From assembly GCA_964517435.1 (NCBI GenBank), contig CAZFEC010000004.1:22608-86607 (forward strand): a stretch of DNA of 64,000 bases. The letters are read 5' to 3'. Origin of the DNA: an uncultured Bacteroidia bacterium. Lineage in GTDB: Bacteria; CAIWAD01; BS150m-G50. Every line of letters starts with the position of its first letter. The stretch's first letter is position 1. The notes under the pieces were generated by a model that searched no databases, had not been told where the DNA came from, and saw only the letters and a program-made list of their open reading frames with translations. Below, piece after piece: positions 54,190 to 63,291 of this stretch. The position numbers and the translations under genes were made by a program.

Positions 54190-56489
54190 ACCGGCTACCG
54201 ACGACCGCAGCGGGCTTGTTCCTGGTTCTGGTCCTGACGGCGGCCACCGCAGGCGCGGAAACGACCACCCCCTTCCTGCTCTACAGCGAAGCGGCAGGCA
54301 TGCCGTCAACGCTGTTTTCGCCGAAACCCCGCTTTATCGTAGAGGTGACGGCGGCTGAAGGATTTGCGGCGCCCCCGGGAGTAGCCACCCTGGTGCAAAC
54401 GGAACACTACCTGCTGGTGGAAGCATCCGCCGACCGGCTGGCTCAACTGCAGAGTCATCCGGAGGTCAAACGACTGCAACCCTCTTTCCGGTTGCACCTG
54501 GTGCTGGACCAGAGCCGGCCAGCGGTCAACCTCGGCGAGACATGGAGCGGCAGCGACGGCGGCTTCAGCGGTTACAGCGGCGAGGGTGTAGTACTGGGCG
54601 CGGTTGATACCGGCATCGATCCCACCCATTCCGATTTCCGGCAGGCGGACGGCAGCGGCACCCGTATCGCCTATCTCAATGACTACGATACCGGTCGGCT
54701 CTGGGAAGCCTCGGAGATCAGCGACGGTTCCTGTACCTCCACCGACACCCACGGTCACGGCACCCACATCGCCGGCATTATGGCGGGCAACGGCAACGCC
54801 GCCGCCCAGCGGCAGTACGCGGGACTGGCACCCACCGCCGACCTGATCGTCGTGAAGTCGTCCAGTCTCTACAGCGACGCCATCATCGAGGGAGTGGATT
54901 TCATCTACGCGCAGGCTGCACAACTGCAGCAGCCCGCCGTCGTCAACCTGAGCCTGGAGAGCAGGCTGGGACCGCACGACGGCACCAGTCCTTTCGAACG
55001 GATGCTGAGCGAGTTGACCGGTCCCGGTCGTCTGCTGGCGGTGGCCGCAGGCAACGGCGGTGAATTGTGTATTCACGACCACCAGACGGTGCCGGGAGGC
55101 GGCGGCGCGGAGATCCGCTTCAACACGGGCGGCGAGTATGCCGACTACCTGCTGGTGGACATCTGGCTGGATTGCGGAGCGGCACCCGACCTGACCGCCA
55201 TCACACCGGAAGGACAGACGATTCCGGTTCAGGTCGGCGGTGCAACATCGCACGACCTGGGTTGGCTCGGGGTGCTGCAGTTTTCCCGCACCGCCAGCCC
55301 CGATCCCTACAATCTGAAGCACAACGCCACCCTGCACCTGGCGGAATCGCCGGACGATCTGGTCTGGCGCGTCCAGCTGGGCAACAACGACTCGACGACT
55401 CTGATTCTCGATGCCTGGTCCTACAACGCCTCTTTCATCGATAACGGCTGCACTACGAACGGCAGCGTATCAAGTCCCGCTACCGCCGATTCGGCGATCG
55501 CGGTCGGTGCGACCGTGTCACGGATCTCCTGGCCGTCACTGGTGGGTGAACGCCAGTACGCCGATCCACCGCCCCTCGGCACGGTAGCGCCTTTCAGCAA
55601 TCACGGCCCCGGCATCAACGGCGCTCTCATCCCCACGCTGGCCGCTCCCGGTATGGGAATCATGGCTTCCCTCTCCGCGGCGGTCAACACCGCCGGCAAC
55701 GAGGACCTGATCGCCCCGGGCGGGCAGTATATCCTGATGCAGGGCACCAGTATGGCCGCGCCGCACGTGGCGGGAGCGCTGGGACTTGCGCTGCAGAAAA
55801 ACCCGCAGCTCGGTTGCGCCGAGGCCGTTGCGCTGCTGCAGACCACGGCCGCACCGCTGGTCGGGCAGGAGGGCTGGGACGAAGCCGCCGGAGCCGGGCA
55901 ACTGGATGTCACCGCGCTGATGGCGGCTGTGGCCGCGTCGGCACCTGAGTTGGTACTGGCGGAGGGGGTGATGCATCTGCTCCTCACCTGGGATACGGGA
56001 CAAAGCCTCCTGCCGTTTGAATTCCAACTGCAGCGCCGCCAGCTGTCGACGGCGGCGGAAACGCTGTTCGTCATCGACCCCGTAGCGGATCAAAGCCTCT
56101 ACAGCTGGCTGGACGCCACGGTTGCCCCCGGTGAGGTGTACGAGTATTTCCTGACCGGCCGCGACGAGGCGGACGAACAGATCTGGCGATCCAACACGGT
56201 TGCCGGCAGCGCGACGGCACTGACCGCTCCCTTAACCATCGCCCGGCTCTATCCCAATCCCAGCGCCGGCACAATGACCGTCCGGATCGCCTCCCGGCGA
56301 AGCGGGGCGGCCACCTTGCGGGTATGGGATCTGCTCGGCCGGGAGTTGGAACGGAGCACCGTCAATTTGACAGACGGTGTAAGCGATTTTCCTTTAGACC
56401 TGGCTCCTGTCGCCGCGGGCGTCTATTTTGTGGGGGTGGAGCAGGGCGGCTACCAGGCAGCGGCCAAAGCCCTCCTGCTGCGCAGGTAG
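54186..56489 (+). CDS. S8 (subtilisin-like) serine peptidase with C-terminal type IX secretion sorting domain
   Basis: Contains 'HGTHIAGIMAG' (His) and 'GTSMAAPHVAGA' (Ser). The C-terminal 'LYPNPSAGTMTV…GVYFV' resembles a Por/T9SS CTD. A TTG start with signal peptide was chosen. Confidence 0.85.
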   Translation: MNRLPTTAAGLFLVLVLTAATAGAETTTPFLLYSEAAGMPSTLFSPKPRFIVEVTAAEGFAAPPGVATLVQTEHYLLVEASADRLAQLQSHPEVKRLQPSFRLHLVLDQSRPAVNLGETWSGSDGGFSGYSGEGVVLGAVDTGIDPTHSDFRQADGSGTRIAYLNDYDTGRLWEASEISDGSCTSTDTHGHGTHIAGIMAGNGNAAAQRQYAGLAPTADLIVVKSSSLYSDAIIEGVDFIYAQAAQLQQPAVVNLSLESRLGPHDGTSPFERMLSELTGPGRLLAVAAGNGGELCIHDHQTVPGGGGAEIRFNTGGEYADYLLVDIWLDCGAAPDLTAITPEGQTIPVQVGGATSHDLGWLGVLQFSRTASPDPYNLKHNATLHLAESPDDLVWRVQLGNNDSTTLILDAWSYNASFIDNGCTTNGSVSSPATADSAIAVGATVSRISWPSLVGERQYADPPPLGTVAPFSNHGPGINGALIPTLAAPGMGIMASLSAAVNTAGNEDLIAPGGQYILMQGTSMAAPHVAGALGLALQKNPQLGCAEAVALLQTTAAPLVGQEGWDEAAGAGQLDVTALMAAVAASAPELVLAEGVMHLLLTWDTGQSLLPFEFQLQRRQLSTAAETLFVIDPVADQSLYSWLDATVAPGEVYEYFLTGRDEADEQIWRSNTVAGSATALTAPLTIARLYPNPSAGTMTVRIASRRSGAATLRVWDLLGRELERSTVNLTDGVSDFPLDLAPVAAGVYFVGVEQGGYQAAAKALLLRR

Positions 56490-56549
56490 AAGGCCGGCGT
56501 TCGCGCCGGACCGCTGCCTGAGCATCGCATCAACCGACCCGGAGCAGCA

Positions 56550-57725
56550 ATGCCGGAATACTTCGTCGATCCGCAGATATCACACCTGTCCCGTCGACCC
56601 ACCGAGGTGGAAATCGACCTGGCGGCGGCACGCCACAACCTCGCCGCAGTCAGGAAGCTGACCAGCGCCCGCATCATGCCGGTCGTGAAGGCTAATGCCT
56701 ACGGTCACGGCATTCTGGAGATGTCCCGTTTCTTTGAACGGGAAGGGGTGGACGCGCTGGCGGTCGGATTTCTCGAGGAGGGCGTCCTCCTGCGCACTCA
56801 CGGCATTCAGCTGCCGATCCTGGTGATGGGAGGCATGCTCAACGATCAGGCTGAGGAGTACCTCGCCCACAACCTGATCCCCACGGTATCATCACTGTTG
56901 AAAGCGGAGCAGGTCGCGGCCGCGGCCGCGCGTCGGGGAACTACCGCCGCGATCCACCTCAAGATCGACACCGGTATGGAGCGCATCGGCGTTCACTGCG
57001 CCAACGCGCTGACTTTCGTCGAAGCGGTGCTGGCCATGCCTGGCATCCGGGTGGAAGGCATCTATTCACATTTCGCCACCGCCGACCAGCGTGAGAATAC
57101 CTTCGTCGAAGAACAACTGCAGGCCTTTCTGGGACTCCTGGCGAAGTTGGAGCGTCGCGGTATCGCTATTCCGCTGCGCCATCTGGCCAATTCCGCCGGT
57201 CTGATCCGCTTTCCCGACTCGCACCTGAACCTGGTACGCCCCGGCCTGATGCTCTACGGTTGCAGTGCGGCCCCCTGGCTCGCGCAGGAGGTCGAGCTGC
57301 GGCCGGTGCTGAGCCTGAAATCACGGGTCGTCTACTTCAAAGTGGTCGACGCGGGCAAGGGAATCAGTTATGGACATCGCTACGTCACCCGGACGCAGAC
57401 CCGTGTAGTGACCGTCCCGGTCGGCTACGGCGACGGCTACGATCGTGGTCTGAGCGGCAAGGGCGCAGTATTGATCGGCGGCAGGCGGCTGCCGATCGTC
57501 GGTTCGATCTGTATGGATCAGTTCATGGTCGACATCGGCCCGGACGGCACGGCCTGGAACGGCGATGAGGTAGTGCTGATCGGCCGGCAGGGTGAGGAAT
57601 GTATCACGGTGGAAGAGATCGCGGACCGTCTGGGGACAGTACCCTGGGAAGTCCTGACCCGTCTCAATACCCGCATGCCGCGGGTGTATAAGGATGCGGA
57701 TGGGAAGACAACTCCAAACTGCTAG
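56550..57725 (+). CDS. alr: Alanine racemase
   Basis: Contains the 'VVKANAYGHGI' PLP-Lys motif. Confidence 0.95.
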   Translation: MPEYFVDPQISHLSRRPTEVEIDLAAARHNLAAVRKLTSARIMPVVKANAYGHGILEMSRFFEREGVDALAVGFLEEGVLLRTHGIQLPILVMGGMLNDQAEEYLAHNLIPTVSSLLKAEQVAAAAARRGTTAAIHLKIDTGMERIGVHCANALTFVEAVLAMPGIRVEGIYSHFATADQRENTFVEEQLQAFLGLLAKLERRGIAIPLRHLANSAGLIRFPDSHLNLVRPGLMLYGCSAAPWLAQEVELRPVLSLKSRVVYFKVVDAGKGISYGHRYVTRTQTRVVTVPVGYGDGYDRGLSGKGAVLIGGRRLPIVGSICMDQFMVDIGPDGTAWNGDEVVLIGRQGEECITVEEIADRLGTVPWEVLTRLNTRMPRVYKDADGKTTPNC

Positions 57726-57737
57726 TGAACGGCAGTT

Positions 57738-57806
57738 ACTTCGGAATCGGTATCGAAATCGGTATCGGAATTGGAACATCGATACCGATACCGAGGCCGA
57801 ATCCCG
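57738..57806. repeat. REP-like imperfect inverted repeat built from GGTATCGGAAT / ATTCCGATACC units
   Basis: It lies between the convergent alr and ssb genes. It belongs to the same family as the repeats at 61715-61922 and 62350-62433. It could form a long hairpin, so it is probably a bidirectional terminator. Confidence 0.6.
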
Positions 57807-57925
57807 ACTATTAGCGTCCATTCGCGGTTCTTTTGATGGACTTCAGATCGAGAATAAAAAAGGCTCCCGACGGGAGCCTTTCGTTATGCGCCCAACCCTT
57901 GCACAGGGCCAGGTGAAATTCGATT

Positions 57926-57982
57926 AATAGTATTTCCCACTTAGAAGGTCCTGGTTGTTCGCAACATTTCGAGAAATACTAT
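57926..57982. promoter_or_regulatory. Inverted-repeat element ATAGTATTTCCC-N32-GAGAAATACTAT (locus B)
   Basis: It has the same half-sites and about the same spacing as loci A and C. Confidence 0.5.
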
Positions 57983-58034
57983 GAAGTGATGCTCGCGATC
58001 GCTTCTGAAGAGGGACATTTTGTATGAGCATCAC

Positions 58035-58475
58035 TCAGAACGGAATATCATCATCGTCGGCGTCGGCCGCTGCCGTCTCCGGGCTGGCGGTCTCCTTTGC
58101 CGCCGGCGGCGCGTAGACATCGGCGTTCGAGCCGCCCTCCCGCCGCTCCAGCGAGATCAGATCGTTGGCCACGATCTCCGTCTTGTAGCGCTTGGTGCCC
58201 TCTTTGTCGGTGTAGGAGTCGTAGGTGATACGCCCTTCGACATATACCAGTGAACCCTTGTGCAGGTTTCGCTCCGCGCTGTCGGCCTGGTAGCGCCACG
58301 CCTTGATGTTATGCCATTCCGTCTTTGTATCCCATTCGCCCGTTTCCCGGTTCTTGATACTGAAATCGGTAGCCATGGAAAAGGATGCCACCTTCACGCC
58401 GCTGGGAGTGGAACGGATTTCCGGATCGCGTCCCAGTCTGCCAATCAGCATTACCTTGTTAAGTGCTTTCATCAT
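58035..58475 (-). CDS. ssb: Single-stranded DNA-binding protein
   Basis: An OB fold and an acidic C-terminal 'DDDIPF'. Confidence 0.95.
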   Translation of the reverse strand: MMKALNKVMLIGRLGRDPEIRSTPSGVKVASFSMATDFSIKNRETGEWDTKTEWHNIKAWRYQADSAERNLHKGSLVYVEGRITYDSYTDKEGTKRYKTEIVANDLISLERREGGSNADVYAPPAAKETASPETAAADADDDDIPF

Positions 58476-58551
58476 TCCTCCATTCTGTCATGTCTTGTGT
58501 GAGGAGTACCTGTGATCGAGGAAGGTGGCGAACTTCACTCCCCATATCGCT

Positions 58552-58980
58552 CTATGACGCTTGAAACCGGTTTTTGTTCCCCGCGGCTCCCCGTCGCGGC
58601 CAGAGCGTTCCGGTCGCAATCAACGCCGTTGCCACGCCGGCCACATCGGCCAGCCAATCGTAGATATCGCAACTGCGTCCCGCCACCATCAGTTGATGCA
58701 CTTCGTCGCTCGTGGCATACAGCGCTCCCAGCAGCAGGACAATCCAGACCGGGCGACGGCGCGGGAATTCGAGCCGGACCCAGCCGCACAGCAACCAGCC
58801 GAAGAGGGCGAATTCCACATAGTGCAGCAGCTTATCCATCGTAAACAGCTTCATGGCAGGCAAGCTGCCGCCTGGAATGGCGGAACCGATAAAAATCGCC
58901 AGCGCTCCGGTGATCACAGCCGTGCGCCACAGACGCAGCCGCCAGAGCCGGGAGCGGAAATCAATGCTCGTGTGAGTCAT
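58552..58980 (-). CDS. VanZ-family membrane protein
   Basis: Contains 'DKLLHYVEF…SDEVHQLMVAGRSCDIYDW'. Confidence 0.7.
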   Translation of the reverse strand: MTHTSIDFRSRLWRLRLWRTAVITGALAIFIGSAIPGGSLPAMKLFTMDKLLHYVEFALFGWLLCGWVRLEFPRRRPVWIVLLLGALYATSDEVHQLMVAGRSCDIYDWLADVAGVATALIATGTLWPRRGAAGNKNRFQAS

Positions 58981-60532
58981 CCGGCTCCTCTGGTGCCAGC
59001 AGGTCGCGCAGGGCCATGGGCAGAAACTCGATCAGGTCCGGCGCGGTTACAGCCAGCGCCGTCAACGCCCGCGCGGCCAGGTCGCCGGCATATCCGTGCA
59101 GCCAGATCGCCGCCGTGGCTGCGTCCGGCAGCTCCATCCCCTGTACGGCCAGGCCGCTGATAATACCGGTAAGCACATCGCCGCTGCCGGCGGTCGCCAT
59201 GCCGGCGTTACCGCTGGAGTTGAGGATGACCTCGCCCAGGGGGGAGATCACCGCCGTGGGTGCTCCCTTCAGCACCAGGGTGACGCCCATCTCCCGCGCG
59301 AACTCGACCGCCGGCTCGATCAATTGATGATAGGGAACCTCGTCCGGTTCCGCGCCGAGTAATCGCATGAACTCACCGTGGTGGGGCGTCAGGCAGACCG
59401 GCACCTTGCACTCCGTCAGCAGCTGCGGTTCCTGCGCCACCGCCCAGAGTCCGTCGGCGTCGATGACCAGGGGCAATTCCGCCCGGGTGAGCAGGGACTG
59501 CACCAGTTGTACGCTTTCCGGGTGGCGCCCCATACCGGGACCGACCATCAACAGGTCGCCCCACTCCTGGAATTGCAGGATGGAATCCAGTGCGTCGTGT
59601 GCCAGCGACTGCTGATCCGTCTCCGCGGCGGGTGAAGTCATCACCTCCGCCAGGCGACCCTCGAAAATCGGATTCAGCGAGGCGGGACAGAAGAGCATGG
59701 TCATGCCGCAACCGCTGACCAGCGTGCTGCGACAGGCCAGCATCGCCGCTCCGGTCAGGCCGCGCGAACCGGCGACGGCGATCACCTTGCCGACGGTGCC
59801 TTTGTGCGCCGACGGCGAACGGAGCGGGACCAGATAGCTGATATCCTCCGGTTCCAGCTCGAGCCAGAAATCTTCCGCCGCCAGGTCTTCCGGGTCGTAG
59901 CCGATGTGGGCGATCTCCAGCCGGCCGCAGCGCTCCCGGCCAGGCGGCAGCAGCAGACCGCGTTTGGGTGCACACATCGTGACCGTGAGATCGGCGATGA
60001 CGGCCGGTCCTTCGCAGAGACCGGTGTCGCCCGACACCCCGGAGGGGATGTCGATGGCGATCACGGTGGTGCCGCTGTCGTTGATCGCGTTGATCACCTC
60101 CGCTTCGAGTCCCCGGGCGGCGCCCTTGATGCCGGTGCCGAGCAGACCGTCGATGACGATGTCCCATTCCCGCAGGTCCGGAATCACGTCGGAGTCTTCG
60201 ATCAGCGTTATCTCGATACCGAGATTCAGCAGGATCTGCAGGTTGGTCGCGGCGCTGCCGTTGTAAGCCTCCGGCGGCGCGGTAGCGAAGACGGTCGCGG
60301 GGATCTCCTGGTGGTACAGATGCCGGGCGACTACGAATGCGTCCCCCCCGTTGTTGCCCTTACCGGCCAGGATGATGATGGAAGCGGACCCCTCCTCCTC
60401 CAGCAGGTTGATGACGGCCGCGGCGGTGCTGCGACCGGCGTTCTCCATCAACACGATATCGGGAATGCCCAGTTCGGTGACCGCTTGCCGGTCCAGCTTC
60501 TGCATCTGCTCAACGGATAGTACAGTCTTCAT
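58961..60532 (-). CDS. nnr: Bifunctional NAD(P)H-hydrate repair enzyme (epimerase + ADP-dependent dehydratase)
   Basis: YjeF-N and YjeF-C/carbohydrate-kinase domains. Start set at the ATG at 60532, preceded by GAGGAG. The track's longer N-terminal extension is unlikely. Confidence 0.85.
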   Translation of the reverse strand: MKTVLSVEQMQKLDRQAVTELGIPDIVLMENAGRSTAAAVINLLEEEGSASIIILAGKGNNGGDAFVVARHLYHQEIPATVFATAPPEAYNGSAATNLQILLNLGIEITLIEDSDVIPDLREWDIVIDGLLGTGIKGAARGLEAEVINAINDSGTTVIAIDIPSGVSGDTGLCEGPAVIADLTVTMCAPKRGLLLPPGRERCGRLEIAHIGYDPEDLAAEDFWLELEPEDISYLVPLRSPSAHKGTVGKVIAVAGSRGLTGAAMLACRSTLVSGCGMTMLFCPASLNPIFEGRLAEVMTSPAAETDQQSLAHDALDSILQFQEWGDLLMVGPGMGRHPESVQLVQSLLTRAELPLVIDADGLWAVAQEPQLLTECKVPVCLTPHHGEFMRLLGAEPDEVPYHQLIEPAVEFAREMGVTLVLKGAPTAVISPLGEVILNSSGNAGMATAGSGDVLTGIISGLAVQGMELPDAATAAIWLHGYAGDLAARALTALAVTAPDLIEFLPMALRDLLAPEEPDDSHEH

Positions 60533-60879
60533 GATTGCTCCTCGATCTGCACAACACAGGCGGCATGCGTAGCGCTGTGCGAAAGGCTGATTGCGATCGT
60601 CAGGTGCGGCGGCAAGGCCGTGCAGATAAGCCGGGGCGGTTCTCCGCCGGAGAGAATCGCCAGCTCCCTGGCCGCCGGCGCCGTCCCGATATGCTGCTGC
60701 AGCCACTCGCGCAAAAGCTGCTTCGCCAGCGCGCGCGCCGCTCGTGAACCGGCATCATTACGCAGCCGGGCGAAGTAGTCAAGCTCCACCGCGGCGAACT
60801 CGCTGTCGGGAGTCGCTACCGTGTCGATTCGGGATTGAGTGCTCAGTATGTGCCGATTCTCGAAAAGAATTCTCCTTTA
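60529..60879 (-). pseudogene. acpS: Holo-ACP synthase (AcpS)-like ORF with no canonical start and a degenerate N-terminal motif
   Basis: The C-terminal two-thirds aligns to AcpS ('ELDYF', 'HIGT', 'LTIAISLSHS…ACVVQIEE'). Only a GTG, which would remove the catalytic N-terminus, or non-canonical codons follow the in-frame TAA at about 60880. Confidence 0.45.
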
Positions 60880-60904
60880 AAACGATCACTCACGAATCGG
60901 CTTG

Positions 60905-60960
60905 TAGTATTTCTTAGCTGCTGCGAGACGTGGTGCCATTTCCTTTAGGGAAATACTATA
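60905..60960. promoter_or_regulatory. Inverted-repeat element TAGTATTTC-N34-GGGAAATACTATA (locus C)
   Basis: It lies in the intergenic region immediately upstream of the acpS-like ORF. Confidence 0.5.
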
Positions 60961-60998
60961 GGTATCTGTGGTCGATTTCTCAAGCAGCTGTTCCGGTT

Positions 60999-61697
60999 TC
61001 AACCGGCGGGCTGCGTATCGGCGTTGATCTTTTTGATCACGTCGCACAGATCAGCGATATCGTCCAGGATGTAGTCGGCGTGCGACTCCGGCGTGTCCAT
61101 GGTATCGCCGTACCTGGCGTAGGCGGTGATAATGTTGAGCAGCGCGGCGCCGGCGATGTCGCGTTCCATCCAGTCGCCGACCATGATCACTTCCTCCGGT
61201 GTCAACTCCAACCGCTCCAGCACTTTGAGGAACGGCGCGGCGTGCGGCTTGCGGTAGCCGGTATCTTCGAAGGTGATTACGGTGTCGAAGAAGTGCGGCA
61301 ACCCCAGCGCGGTCAGGCGCAGCCAGGCCTGCCGGGCGGGCGCGTCGGACAGGATCGCGAGCGAGAGCCCCCGTTTGATCAGCCAGCTGAGGGTGGAGCA
61401 GACATGCGGATACAATACCAGACTGGCTTCACGCGCCCGGCGGTAACCGATGATCGCCGCCGCCAGCATCCGATGATCGAGTTCTCCCAGCTCCTGCTGG
61501 AGAAAATGGTCGAAGACCTCCTGGTTTTCGATGTAGGTCTCGTTGTAGATCCCGTAGATCTTGTCGTATGCTTCCTGCAGACTCATCTGCAGCCCGGCGT
61601 CGATCATGGCCAGCGCGGCGCCTTTGATACTTGTATCCTTCATTGCCATGAAGTCAACGAGTGTATTGTCGAGGTCAAATATGACAGCTTTTATCAT
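60999..61697 (-). CDS. HAD-superfamily hydrolase
   Basis: Contains 'AVIFDLDNTLVDF' (DxDxT). Confidence 0.85.
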   Translation of the reverse strand: MIKAVIFDLDNTLVDFMAMKDTSIKGAALAMIDAGLQMSLQEAYDKIYGIYNETYIENQEVFDHFLQQELGELDHRMLAAAIIGYRRAREASLVLYPHVCSTLSWLIKRGLSLAILSDAPARQAWLRLTALGLPHFFDTVITFEDTGYRKPHAAPFLKVLERLELTPEEVIMVGDWMERDIAGAALLNIITAYARYGDTMDTPESHADYILDDIADLCDVIKKINADTQPAG

Positions 61698-61714
61698 ATG
61701 CTATGTTGCGTTAT

Positions 61715-61922
61715 CGATTCCGATCCCGATTCCGAATCCCGAGATTGTTCGGCCTCGGTATCGGAATTCGGTATCGTTCCCTATTCCGACTTGTTCGGCC
61801 TCGGTATCGGAATTCGGTATCGTTCCCTATTCCGACTTGTTCGGCCTCGGTATCGGAATTCGGTACCGTTCCCTATTCCGACTTGTTCGGCCTCGGTATC
61901 GGAAATCGGTATCGTTCCTTAC
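61715..61922. repeat. 46-bp tandem repeat (~4 units: TTGTTCGGCCTCGGTATCGGAATTCGGTATCGTTCCCTATTCCGAC) with 30-bp CGATTCCGATCCCGATTCCGAATCCCGAG leader
   Basis: The periodicity is directly visible. The + strand ORF-track entries 61561..61959 and 61703..61972 are translation artefacts of this array. Confidence 0.85.
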
Positions 61923-62333
61923 TCATCCTTCTTCTAGATCAGGATTGGTTTCGCCATAAAGGATTTCACTAGCTTCACGAACAGAATAACCTCTTCCGCC
62001 CAGTCTCGTCAACATGGCAACTATCCTGTCTAGAAGCTTTTTCCCTTCATGGTTCTTCTCCGAACTGATTGCGTTATAGATTTCCAGTACATCCTGAATC
62101 GCTGCGCATTCTAACGCAGAACTCCGAGCGATCTCGAAAAACCGACGTCTGTCTCCTTCTGTAACACGTCCGTTTCCTTCTGCGATGTTTAGCGAAATCG
62201 ATAGTGATGCACGTAATAGTTGATCCTTTGCATGACGATCTGTTCCACCCAGAGTGCCGCAATGGGAGTGAACCCATGAGTTATACTTGAGCGACACTTG
62301 ATAGACATCCAATGTCTCGTGACTGAAAGCCAT
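61923..62333 (-). CDS. Four-helix-bundle protein of the 23S rRNA-IVS/Avd-like family (PF05635-type)
   Basis: 136 aa. Family-typical 'SLSISLNIAEG' and 'RRRFFEIARSSALE' regions. The gene is about 45–48% GC against a ~65% surrounding. Confidence 0.65.
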   Translation of the reverse strand: MAFSHETLDVYQVSLKYNSWVHSHCGTLGGTDRHAKDQLLRASLSISLNIAEGNGRVTEGDRRRFFEIARSSALECAAIQDVLEIYNAISSEKNHEGKKLLDRIVAMLTRLGGRGYSVREASEILYGETNPDLEEG

Positions 62334-62349
62334 AAATAAGCTCTAAGAC

Positions 62350-62433
62350 CGATTCCGATCCCGATTCCGAATCCCGAGATTGTTCGGCCTCGGTATCGGA
62401 ATTCGGTATCGTTTCTTACTCATCCTTCTTCTT
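62350..62433. repeat. Single copy of the same leader + repeat unit + shared tail as 61715-61936
   Basis: Near-identical to the 5' leader and 3' tail of the tandem array. It overlaps the last 6 codons of the MCE gene. Confidence 0.8.
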
Positions 62434-63291
62434 ATGAAACCTGAACAGCCCATGCTCCGCGATTGCCCGCAGCAGTGAATCCAGCTCCGTGACGGCGGAG
62501 AGCGTCTGAATATACAGCGTGGAGTCGCCGGCAAGCTTCTGGAGCGTTCCCGGTTGCTGCAGGGCGGCGCGGACCTCCTCCAGGAGCAGGTCCAGATTCG
62601 CGGCGCTGCCGGTAGCGGTCGACAGCAATTCCCGCAGCGAAGGTCCGGTCTCGGCCAACAGGGTATCGGCGTCCGTCAACAGTCCGGTCAGTTGTCCGCT
62701 CAGGCGCGCGCGATCCCGCTCCAGATTGCCCAGCAGCTGTCGCGCCTCGCCCGTCAGCTGTTCGATGTCGGCCGCGATCCGGTGAAGCGGCAGCGGCTCC
62801 GTGGCAGCCGGCAGCAGCCCCTCCAGTTTGACCGCCAGGCGGTCGAGGCTGGTCAGCATACCCTGCGCCTGCTGCAGCAGCTCGTTTGTACCGGGTCTGT
62901 TTTCCCCCAGCCGGAGGCTGTCGGGGGAATGGAACGGCCCGCCGCTGCCGTTGAGGATAAAGACGGCGTGACCCCCCATCAGGTCGAGCGTTCCCAATTG
63001 AAAGCTGGCGTCCTGTGTCAGCGGCAGCTCGCGGGGCAGGCGCAGTTCCAGGAGCACGCGGTCCCGTTCCAGTTCGATATCGCTGACGCTGCCCACCACC
63101 ACTCCGTTCAGATAGACGGCGTCGCCGATACCGATACCGTCGCTGGTACTGAAAGCGACCCGGATGTCCTGGGTGTCGCGCCAGGGATTGAGACGCTGCC
63201 CCCACAGCAGGCCGCCGACCAGAATCAGGAGTCCGATCAGTCCCAGCAGCCCCGTGGTCAGCAGACTGGCTTGTCGTCGCGGTTCATTCAT
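62416..63291 (-). CDS. MCE/MlaD-family protein
   Basis: An N-terminal TM segment followed by an MCE domain ('IRVAFSTSDGIGIGDAVYLNGVVVGSV'). Start at 63291 (GGAGG + ATG). Confidence 0.8.
   Translation of the reverse strand: MNEPRRQASLLTTGLLGLIGLLILVGGLLWGQRLNPWRDTQDIRVAFSTSDGIGIGDAVYLNGVVVGSVSDIELERDRVLLELRLPRELPLTQDASFQLGTLDLMGGHAVFILNGSGGPFHSPDSLRLGENRPGTNELLQQAQGMLTSLDRLAVKLEGLLPAATEPLPLHRIAADIEQLTGEARQLLGNLERDRARLSGQLTGLLTDADTLLAETGPSLRELLSTATGSAANLDLLLEEVRAALQQPGTLQKLAGDSTLYIQTLSAVTELDSLLRAIAEHGLFRFHKKKDE

Noticed and set aside
56494-56514. GGCCGGCG-ttcg-CGCCGG hairpin after the S8 protease gene as a terminator
   Set aside because: A perfect GC stem but no downstream T-tract. It could still terminate in a high-GC organism, but the evidence is insufficient to call.
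61715-61922. Tandem array considered as a possible CRISPR array
   Set aside because: The units are contiguous with no unique spacers. There are no cas genes, and the element family also occurs as single inverted copies.
61561-61972. Two + strand ORFs (132 and 89 aa) with internally repetitive 'FGLGIGIRYRSLFRLVRPRYRNSV' peptides
   Set aside because: They are pure translations of the 46-bp tandem repeat array. The periodicity is at DNA level.
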